A stretch of DNA of 64,000 bases from an uncultured Eubacteriales bacterium. GTDB lineage: Bacteria > Acidobacteriota > Aminicenantia > Aminicenantales > UBA8522. How positions within the stretch are numbered: the stretch's first letter is position 1; each line of letters opens with the position of its first letter. This document shows positions 57,261 through 64,000 of this stretch, piece by piece. The stretch is from NCBI GenBank assembly GCA_964580435.1, contig CAZOKP010000002.1, positions 2,919 to 66,918 of the forward strand. The letters are read 5' to 3'. The position numbers and the translations under genes were made by a program. The notes under the pieces are model-generated. The model was not told the origin of the DNA, did not search any database, and saw only the letters and a list, made by a program, of their open reading frames with translations.

Positions 57261-60108
57261 AGGAGAAACCTAAGCGGAAGACCCGCGGTGACTCGATCTC
57301 CGTGGCGTTACGCAACGGAAACTCCGGTCCTGTCCATTCGGACTCCTTGGCCGCAGAGGCAGAGTTGAAGATGTTGTATCCGTCCAGGAATATTTTTCCT
57401 CTCGCCTTGCCCAGGTCGAAGACTTTTTCTAGGCGCACGTCCACGGTCATGTTGAATTCATAGCGGGTCTTTCCGCGGGCAGAGGCTTGAACATAGAAAG
57501 GACCCTGGTTCATGCCGGTGACGATGATCTTCCGGGCAAAGGGCTGGCCGTCGTAATAGGTGATTAACGTTGAGAGCCGGAAGCCAAGGGGAACAGCGAC
57601 GCCCGCGCCAAGCCTGGCCGTGTAGGCCCGGTCAAAACGCAACCGGCCGCGAGCGAAGATTGAGGCGTTCGGGTTATCGTACAGAGTCCCTACGACGCCG
57701 TCGTCATTTTCCCATTCTGTGTTTCCCGGGCTTGTCGTCCCGGTGGCTTCGGTGGCTGTGGCGGAAAAAAAGAGGACCAGGCTCGGGCTGAATTTCTTGG
57801 CCAGGGTCAAGTCAAGGCCGCGATAGTATGAAACTCTTGCGCCGGCCTCGGGATTAGTCAGGAGGAAAAAATCCTGGCCCAACGTGTCCTTCCATTGGTT
57901 GTAAACGGTCAAATAGAGTTCGTCCCCGGTCCCCGGGATATAATCATCGCCGAGATCGAAGATCTCGACCGGGTCGTAGGAGGATAGGGGAACGCCAACG
58001 TTTATGGTTTCGACAAGATTTTCCGTTTTCCGATAAAAACCGGCCAGCGATAAGTAAAAATTTTTTGGGAACACCCGCGATAGGACCGCTGAAAGCTCGT
58101 CGGTGTACGGCCTTTTGATGTTCGGGTCGATGCGGGCATAATGAGGTCCTTCTCTCCGCAAGAGCCTGCCGGCCTCGCCCTCCTGGAACCTGAGGTCATG
58201 ATTGGCATCCGTCCAGTGATAAACCAGCCCGGCCAAGGCATAGGGATTTCCGTAGGCCAAGTACCAGAGGGGGAGCTCGAAATAATAGCGCGAGGCCGAC
58301 ACTCTGAGCCAGGTATTTTTGCGTGAGGTGAAGGGGAAGGCAAAGACCAGGCGGGGAGAAAGATTCTGCCAGGTGACGCATCCGCCCCGGCTCTGGAAAA
58401 TCGGACTTGGCGGGTCCTGGGTTGGCCCAGAATGGCCGGACGATGTCCAGCCCCGCGTGGAAATGAAATTCAGGCCCAGAGATAGGGAGGCGAGATTAGA
58501 AAAGGTCAGAGTCTCCTGAACAAAAAAATTGACATTGAGGGCCTTTTCTCCGTGTTGGAGCGGAGTATTGTACCGGACGATCTCCAAGGGGCGTTCTCCA
58601 AGAAAATGAAGATGGTAGTTATCGAGAACGGCAAGTTCAGAAGATGAGGAGGAATACTTGAGAGAAAATCCGTAATCCAGGCGATGATGAAAACGGGACA
58701 GGTTTCCCAGCAGGGCCTGCCCCAGGCCTTCCAAAACTAGAGCGGTCCGGCCGTCCTGGCCCGCTGCTGCTGCGGCTCCGGAAGGTATTTCTGTAAAGAT
58801 TTCAAGCCCGTGCGGTTCGGTCGCTCCTTCTTGAAAATCAGAATGGAAATTTCCCCGTCTGAACCCGGCGCCGACCTCGAGCGTGTGGTCCGGCCTAATC
58901 TTCGTCCTCCAGGTGACTTGAAGGACATGGAAAAAGTTTTTTCTGTCCAGGGTCGCGGAATAAGGAACCAGCCTGTCCGCTCCATAAGAGAACTGGCGGA
59001 CGACTTGTCCGGTCCAGAACATCTGGAGCGAACTTCGGGACATGAGGTATGTCAGGTTGACCAATCCCGAGTAGACAGAGGCGTTATCATCCGGAGAGAA
59101 TTGGGCGATATCACGCGAAAGGCCGAGGCCGGTGAAGGAGGCGAAGAAAAGAAGCCGGCTGGAAAGAATTGGCCCAGAAACCTGAGCGTTATAGTTTTGG
59201 AAGGAATTCAGGCGGTTGGTTTCATATAGCCCTTCCGTCTCCAGGGCTGGAGTGATGTTGGAGGTCGTCATCGCCCGGGTTGTTAAAAAAGCCGTGAGGG
59301 CGCCGTGAAACTGCGAGGTCCCCTGCTTGGGGATGAGGTCGAAATATCCGCCGGGCGCGATGTAAGGGATGGGATGCTGGCCGTTGCTGTGCCGCGTGTA
59401 GTCCAGGCTGTAGAGGTCAGGATAATAAAGCGGGGCGCCGGCGAGGTAGGGGTCGGTGACATCCATCCCGTTAATGAGATAGCTCGTCTGGGTCCAGGAG
59501 ACGCTGCCTCGGGAGCTGAAAAGCGCGGGCTCGCTGGCCCATATCCCCCCGATATCGAATCGATTTGTCGTCGCCGAAAAATCCTGGTTTTGAATAAGCG
59601 ACCAGACGTTGTTGCCCGAGGGGAAAGCCTCGATTTGATTCTCGTTGATGATGGTTTGGGCCGAATCGTTGGTGAGATCGGCCCAAAGCGGTTGGAGGGA
59701 AGGAGAGTCGGACTTCTCTGCCCCCCTAAGACTGATTCTGACATAGAGAATCCGGCCGGGCTCGATAACGACTCTTGGCGCTTTATAAGATAGATATCCT
59801 TCCCGTTCGAAAAGCACGGCGAGTACCCCGGGAGGGATCCCGTTGAGTTCGAAAAACCCATTCTTATCCGAATAGGCAGATTCCTGATAAAGAGCCTCTT
59901 GGGACCTTAGAGTGACCCGCACGTTCTCAAGAGGTTTCTTATATTGGTCCCTGACATGTCCTAGAAGAATTCCAGAATTTTCAGCGAAAAGAAATGGACG
60001 TCCGGATAAGAAATGGCCAAAGAATAGCAAAAAAAACAACGGGAGATTAAGAATTTTCTTCCGCGCGTTGTCCCTCAGCTTTCTTATCTCCCGCAGGTAA
60101 GTCTCCAT
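57250..60108 (-). CDS. Large outer-membrane beta-barrel protein with N-terminal carboxypeptidase-regulatory-like domain (plug-less TonB-dependent-receptor-like / Oar-like)
   Basis: VRVTLRSQEALYQESAYSDKNGFFELNGIPPGVLAVLFEREGY is a CarboxypepD_reg fold. Followed by ~800 aa of beta-strand repeats ending RLGFSYEF. Start is uncertain; the ORF track extends to 60138. Confidence 0.7.
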   Translation of the reverse strand: METYLREIRKLRDNARKKILNLPLFFLLFFGHFLSGRPFLFAENSGILLGHVRDQYKKPLENVRVTLRSQEALYQESAYSDKNGFFELNGIPPGVLAVLFEREGYLSYKAPRVVIEPGRILYVRISLRGAEKSDSPSLQPLWADLTNDSAQTIINENQIEAFPSGNNVWSLIQNQDFSATTNRFDIGGIWASEPALFSSRGSVSWTQTSYLINGMDVTDPYLAGAPLYYPDLYSLDYTRHSNGQHPIPYIAPGGYFDLIPKQGTSQFHGALTAFLTTRAMTTSNITPALETEGLYETNRLNSFQNYNAQVSGPILSSRLLFFASFTGLGLSRDIAQFSPDDNASVYSGLVNLTYLMSRSSLQMFWTGQVVRQFSYGADRLVPYSATLDRKNFFHVLQVTWRTKIRPDHTLEVGAGFRRGNFHSDFQEGATEPHGLEIFTEIPSGAAAAAGQDGRTALVLEGLGQALLGNLSRFHHRLDYGFSLKYSSSSSELAVLDNYHLHFLGERPLEIVRYNTPLQHGEKALNVNFFVQETLTFSNLASLSLGLNFISTRGWTSSGHSGPTQDPPSPIFQSRGGCVTWQNLSPRLVFAFPFTSRKNTWLRVSASRYYFELPLWYLAYGNPYALAGLVYHWTDANHDLRFQEGEAGRLLRREGPHYARIDPNIKRPYTDELSAVLSRVFPKNFYLSLAGFYRKTENLVETINVGVPLSSYDPVEIFDLGDDYIPGTGDELYLTVYNQWKDTLGQDFFLLTNPEAGARVSYYRGLDLTLAKKFSPSLVLFFSATATEATGTTSPGNTEWENDDGVVGTLYDNPNASIFARGRLRFDRAYTARLGAGVAVPLGFRLSTLITYYDGQPFARKIIVTGMNQGPFYVQASARGKTRYEFNMTVDVRLEKVFDLGKARGKIFLDGYNIFNSASAAKESEWTGPEFPLRNATEIESPRVFRLGFSYEF

Positions 60109-60260
60109 ATATTTCCCATTTTTGACTGGCGCTGTCAAGAATTTCTATGACGAAAGCGGCATCGCGTTTCGGCGGCTTTCAATATTTAAGAAAAGAAATT
60201 ATAATGAGCCCTTGCCAAGTAGTGAAAAAAAGGCATGCCTTTCTTGTGAAGGAGGGAGCC

Positions 60261-61661
60261 ATGCTGGAGAGACGAGACCTAGTTATTATCGGAGGAGGGC
60301 CGGGCGGATATGTGGCTGCCCTGAGAGCAGCTCAGCTCAAGAAAAAAGTCACAGTCATCGAGGAGGACCGGATCGGCGGAACATGCATGAACTACGGCTG
60401 CATCCCCACGAAGTTCCTTCTTCACCAGAGCCAGATATTCTCCCAGTTGAAGCGAAGCCAGGGGATCGAAGGATGTTCAGAGACCGCGCGCCTGAACTGG
60501 AAGTGGGTTCAAGAGGAAAAAAAGAACGTGGTGGACAGACTGGTCAAGGGGACGGAATTCCTCCTCAGGAGAAACGGTGTCGAGGTCCTCAACGGAAGAG
60601 GCGCGCTCAAAGGAAATAGGGAAGTCCTTTTCTATGGCCCCAACGGAGAAAAACCACTTGAAGCGGAGAACATCATCCTGGCCATGGGAAGCCGCTCTTC
60701 CGATCTGCCCTTCTTGAAGCCCAATGGAGAAGAGGTCATAACTCACCGCGAAGCCTTGGACCTCGAGGCGGTCCCCCGGACGATGATCGTCGTCGGCGCC
60801 GGAGCGATCGGGCTCGAAATCGGCGCGATTTTTTCGCGGGCGGGAACAGAAGTGACCGTGTTGGAAATCATGCCGGCCATTCTTCCAGGAATGGACAAAC
60901 AGATGGCTGTGCGTCTGGAACGAATGCTCAAAAAGCAGGGGCTCAAGATCTTCACAGAAATGCGTATTGAGGAAGCTATGCTGGAAAGGGGAAAGGTCAC
61001 GCTCAAAGGTACGAATCTTAAGACCAAATCGGGTTTTGAGCACAGCGCCGAGAAAGTCCTACTGGCCACCGGCAGGAAGCCTCGTTCGGAGATCCTGGCG
61101 AAGGATTTCGGAAGTCTGCTCGGTTCGGCGGGGTTCGTCGAGGTCAATTCCCGCCTGGAGTCGAGAATGCCCGGAATCTATGCCATCGGAGACCTCATCG
61201 GCGGAAAACTTCTGGCCCACAAAGCCGAACATGAAGGCATTATCGCGGCTGAGAATGCCGCCGGGCTTTTCAAAGAGATGGATTATCTGGCCCTGCCCAT
61301 GGCCGTATTCACCGAACCGGAGTTCGCCTCGGTGGGTTTGACGGAGGAGGAAGCAAAGGCTGGGGGAATTCAAACCCAGATCGGCCTCTTTTCTCTCCAG
61401 GCTAATGGAAGGGCCCTAACCCTGGAAAGCCCGGAGGGGATGGTCAAGCTTATTGCTTCAACGGATGACCGCGTCATCGGCGCCCACATCTTGGCTCCTC
61501 AGGCCAGCGAGCTTATCGCCGAAATGACTCTGGCCGTCAAACACGGGCTGACGGTCAAGGATGTCTCCTCCACGATTCATGTCCATCCCACTTTGTCTGA
61601 AGCCATAATGGAGGCGGCGTTGAAGGTCAAAGGGATAGCGCTTCATGCCTTGAACGATTAG
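60261..61661 (+). CDS. lpdA: Dihydrolipoyl dehydrogenase
   Basis: IIGGGPGGYVAA FAD motif, GGTCMNYGCIPTK redox disulfide and a C-terminal HAHPTLSE-like motif are present. Start has a GAAGGAGGGA ribosome-binding site. Confidence 0.9.
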   Translation: MLERRDLVIIGGGPGGYVAALRAAQLKKKVTVIEEDRIGGTCMNYGCIPTKFLLHQSQIFSQLKRSQGIEGCSETARLNWKWVQEEKKNVVDRLVKGTEFLLRRNGVEVLNGRGALKGNREVLFYGPNGEKPLEAENIILAMGSRSSDLPFLKPNGEEVITHREALDLEAVPRTMIVVGAGAIGLEIGAIFSRAGTEVTVLEIMPAILPGMDKQMAVRLERMLKKQGLKIFTEMRIEEAMLERGKVTLKGTNLKTKSGFEHSAEKVLLATGRKPRSEILAKDFGSLLGSAGFVEVNSRLESRMPGIYAIGDLIGGKLLAHKAEHEGIIAAENAAGLFKEMDYLALPMAVFTEPEFASVGLTEEEAKAGGIQTQIGLFSLQANGRALTLESPEGMVKLIASTDDRVIGAHILAPQASELIAEMTLAVKHGLTVKDVSSTIHVHPTLSEAIMEAALKVKGIALHALND

Positions 61662-61673
61662 CCGGGAGCACGC

Positions 61674-63272
61674 CTACCGAATATAGCCAAGGGCCCTGAG
61701 CATCTCCTTGGTTTTTTCGTCGATCTTTATTTCTCCTTTTCCGCTTAGCGCTTCCCGGGAATAGGCTTCAAGCTTCAGTTTAAGCGGCAAGAGATCTTCC
61801 GAGACCTCCTGGCCTGAGCTGATATCGGTCATTTCCTGCGGGTCTTTTTTGAGGTTGAAAACCTCGAGCTTGTTATCCTCGGGCGTGAAGATGAGATGCC
61901 AGGGGAAGCTGATGATTCCGAAACGGTCTCTCACAGATTCGGGTTTGTATGTTTCTTCAAAAAGGGTCGCCTTTTCATCTGTTTTGAGCTGGGAGAGGTC
62001 TCTTCCTTGGAAAGAGGAAAAAGGATTTAAACCCATCATTTTTATGATGGTGGGAGCGATGTCCAGCAGATTAACGAATTCTTCGCGGACAATCCCTTTT
62101 TTTGGCTGGCTAGGATTCCAGATTATGAGCGGGACTTTCATATAGAGGTCATAAAGAAAATGAATATGGCCGAAGTGGGGATCAGACTCATAGTGATATT
62201 CGCCCAAACCTTCGCCGTGGTCCCCGACGAGAAGGATGGCCGTCTTGTCAAAGAGCCGGAGCTCACGGAGTTTTTCCCAGAGCTTGCCGATTGCCCCGTC
62301 CATATACTCAACCTCTCTCCCGTAGCATACTCGGGCCGCTTGCCTAGAAAGCCAAGGCTTTCCTTGAAAGGTGAATTGGACCTGCTTCTGCTTGGAGTTA
62401 TTGGTGATGTCGATAAAACTCTTGCCCTTGAAGAAGATATTTTCAGGGCGGAGGAAAAACCAGCCGCTGACGAAATTCGTCTTCAGCTCCTTTTGATCAG
62501 GGACGGGAGAAAATTCCAGCCTGTCCAGGAAGCCCAGATAATGGTTCGCGTTACGGTCGAACTCGTTCTTGAACTCGATCCGGACCCGGTTTTTTCCAGG
62601 CTTCAAGTCGAGCGTGACCTGGTTGAGAGTGTATTTTTGTAGGCTTGTCTCGTAGATCAACCGGTCGTTCAGATAGAGCTTAAAGTCCAAAGGAACATAG
62701 GGAGGGGCATAGGGATCATGGGGATCTGAATAATGAACCCACAAGAAGAAGGGTCGGTCCTTGTTTTTCTCCAGCCAGGAAAAGACTCTTTCATTGACCT
62801 CTCCGGCCGAAAGATACCAGCGGTCCCGGGGAAAGCTGTCTTGGTAGAGGTCAAAACCCTGGTCAAGGCCAAATTGCGCTTCAACGATGCCCAGAGAGAC
62901 AAAAGCAGCCGTGGCGAAGCCTTTTTGCCGAAACAGGTTGACGAACGAGGGCATCGACCTTTTGGCGATGACCTTCTGGCCGTTGTTATAGCATTTGATT
63001 TTATGAGGCCGTTCGGAAAAGAAGATGCTGCCATGCGAAGGCAGCGTCATCGGGATCAGGCTGTATGCGTTCTTGAAGAGGGTCCCCTCCCGAGCCAGAA
63101 AATCGATATTGGGAGTGGAGGCGTTGGACGGATTATAGGCGCTGATATAGTCGGCACGCTGCGTATCGAGCGTGACCAGGATAAAGTTTTCCGATTTTCT
63201 ACTTCTCTGACACCCGAGGAAAAAAAGAACAAAGACAAATCCCAGGAGGACTTTGGAGAATCGCTTTTTCAT
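61674..63272 (-). CDS. Sulfatase-family (alkaline phosphatase superfamily) lipoprotein
   Basis: VTLDTQRADYISAY and GDHGEGLGEYHYESDPHFGH are sulfatase motifs. Lipoprotein signal MKKRFSKVLLGFVFVLFFLGC. An alternative upstream ATG at 63380 would leave only 36 bp to nuoA. Confidence 0.8.
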   Translation of the reverse strand: MKKRFSKVLLGFVFVLFFLGCQRSRKSENFILVTLDTQRADYISAYNPSNASTPNIDFLAREGTLFKNAYSLIPMTLPSHGSIFFSERPHKIKCYNNGQKVIAKRSMPSFVNLFRQKGFATAAFVSLGIVEAQFGLDQGFDLYQDSFPRDRWYLSAGEVNERVFSWLEKNKDRPFFLWVHYSDPHDPYAPPYVPLDFKLYLNDRLIYETSLQKYTLNQVTLDLKPGKNRVRIEFKNEFDRNANHYLGFLDRLEFSPVPDQKELKTNFVSGWFFLRPENIFFKGKSFIDITNNSKQKQVQFTFQGKPWLSRQAARVCYGREVEYMDGAIGKLWEKLRELRLFDKTAILLVGDHGEGLGEYHYESDPHFGHIHFLYDLYMKVPLIIWNPSQPKKGIVREEFVNLLDIAPTIIKMMGLNPFSSFQGRDLSQLKTDEKATLFEETYKPESVRDRFGIISFPWHLIFTPEDNKLEVFNLKKDPQEMTDISSGQEVSEDLLPLKLKLEAYSREALSGKGEIKIDEKTKEMLRALGYIR

Positions 63273-63416
63273 TTTTTCTTGGACGGAAAGCGAGACACGG
63301 CCTGCAGCCGCCTGCTTGTGACAGCCTATTATGAGAAATATTAGAAAAATTGTCAAAATGTTTGCAAAATTCGATCTCATTTTATAAAATATTTGCCGTT
63401 ATTCGGAAAAAACGAC

Positions 63417-63761
63417 GTGGTCGAAACCTTTTTGGTCTTTGCGGTCTTCGGTTTGCTGGGTCTTGTCCTGATTTTCATGAATAGGATCCTGGGGCCTTCT
63501 CGGCCAAACCCGACCAAAGACAAACCCTTTGAGTGCGGCAGCCCTTACCTGAGGGAGGACATCAACCCTTTCCCGATCAAGTTCTATCTGGTCGCCTTCA
63601 TTTTCCTGCTTTTTGATATCGAGGTCGTCTTCTTTTTCCCCTGGGCCCTTATTTTTAGGGAGATGATTACGAGCGCCCTCATCATCATGGCGGCCTATAT
63701 TTTTGTGTTGGTAATCGGGTTTGTCTACGCCTGGAAGAAGGGCGCTTTCGAGTGGGAATGA
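63417..63761 (+). CDS. nuoA: NADH-quinone oxidoreductase subunit A
   Basis: Three TM helices and PFECGSPYL motif. Probable GTG start; the ORF track begins at 63393. Confidence 0.85.
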   Translation: MVETFLVFAVFGLLGLVLIFMNRILGPSRPNPTKDKPFECGSPYLREDINPFPIKFYLVAFIFLLFDIEVVFFFPWALIFREMITSALIIMAAYIFVLVIGFVYAWKKGAFEWE

Positions 63762-63774
63762 AAAAAGGTCAGCC

Positions 63775-64000
63775 ATGTCGGAGATGAAGAAAAAGCACCG
63801 GCCGCCGGCCCAGTTCATCACGACCCAGTTCAATACCATGCTCGGCTGGGCCAGGAAATATTCCTTGTTCCAATATCCTTTTATCACGGCGTGCTGCGGC
63901 ATGGAGTACATGTCGGCCGCCTGCGCCCATTTTGACCTCGACCGTTTCGGCGCGGGTTGGACCCGCTTTTCTCCGCGGCAGGCGGATATGCTTCTTGTGG
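63775..64000 (+). CDS. nuoB: NADH-quinone oxidoreductase subunit B (3-prime partial, runs off the window)
   Basis: Translation gives [14 protein letters not shown]...[26 protein letters not shown], the NuoB Fe-S N2 region. AAAAGG ribosome-binding site. Confidence 0.85.
   Translation, partial: MSEMKKKHRPPAQFITTQFNTMLGWARKYSLFQYPFITACCGMEYMSAACAHFDLDRFGAGWTRFSPRQADMLLV

Noticed and set aside
63399-63911. 170-aa minus-strand ORF spanning nuoA and the nuoB start.
   Set aside because: It is antisense to two clearly recognisable NADH dehydrogenase subunit genes (Nuo[10 protein letters not shown] motif; NuoB CCGMEYMS...FDLDRFG).
1-64000. Searched by eye for rRNA, tRNA, tmRNA, RNase P, SRP RNA, CRISPR repeat arrays and IS/transposase genes, in the larger gaps especially (4883-5135, 6684-6902, 41088-41494, 43784-44352).
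   Set aside because: No cloverleaf-compatible tRNA segments, no conserved primary motifs of tmRNA, RNase P or 4.5S RNA, no regularly spaced direct repeats and no transposase-like ORFs were seen. Cannot fully exclude without running covariance models.

Overview
This 64-kb window looks like a core chromosomal region of a diderm (Gram-negative-type) bacterium with roughly 58-60% GC. Coding density is high and most genes are housekeeping. I saw no rRNA, tRNA, CRISPR array, IS element or transposase.

Gene content in order:
(1) A TCA-cycle supercluster, with acnB divergent from icd-mdh-(orphan class I fumarase beta subunit)-sucC-sucD. The sucCD genes are followed in the same orientation by a PHP-domain phosphoesterase and a secreted MBL-fold hydrolase.
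(2) A compact hicB-hicA toxin-antitoxin pair wedged between icd and an NADPH-dependent F420-reductase-like gene. The hicA ORF is 59 aa and falls below the ORF-track cutoff.
(3) A FabG-like SDR, a small beta-barrel protein and a split methylmalonyl-CoA mutase (catalytic subunit plus B12-binding subunit).
(4) An M23 peptidase, def-fmt, and an OPT-family oligopeptide transporter.
(5) mreB-mreC-mreD-mrdA(PBP2)-rodA, immediately followed by an 856-aa fusion of a B12-binding radical SAM protein (TIGR03960-like) with a DUF2344/TIGR03936-like domain, then an acyl-CoA dehydrogenase.
(6) A small accessory patch: thioredoxin-like secreted protein, orphan exbD, TIGR04076-family small protein, ACT-domain protein, class I glutamine amidotransferase.
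(7) An AT-rich promoter island driving a secreted PKD-repeat protein with a C-terminal beta-barrel.
(8) rmlD, a thioesterase, two tandem DUF507 genes, and truB-nrnA-rbfA-DUF503-infB-nusA. No rimP or ylxR is present.
(9) hppA (H+-pyrophosphatase, Lys in the GNTTKA motif), then a 570-bp gene-poor gap.
(10) A long minus-strand cluster: miaB, a C_GCAxxG_C_C protein, recN, an S8 peptidase, an outer-membrane barrel, bamD, an NAD-dependent epimerase, rpe and a PASTA-only protein.
(11) ltaE.
(12) A tight three-gene operon: a 950-aa CarboxypepD_reg outer-membrane barrel, a 274-aa His-rich outer-membrane barrel, and a fused HdrE/HdrD-like membrane heme-b/Fe-S/CCG oxidoreductase.
(13) A stand-alone lpdA, a lipoprotein sulfatase, and the start of the nuo operon (nuoA, nuoB partial).

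The candidates I would follow up first are the OMP-OMP-HdrED-like operon, the radical SAM-DUF2344 fusion tied to the cell-shape operon, the orphan exbD/TIGR04076 patch, the PKD/beta-barrel protein behind its AT-rich promoter, and the two unusually long noncoding gaps flanking hppA.

All coordinates follow the supplied ORF track. Starts refined by hand carry about 1-3 nt of uncertainty.
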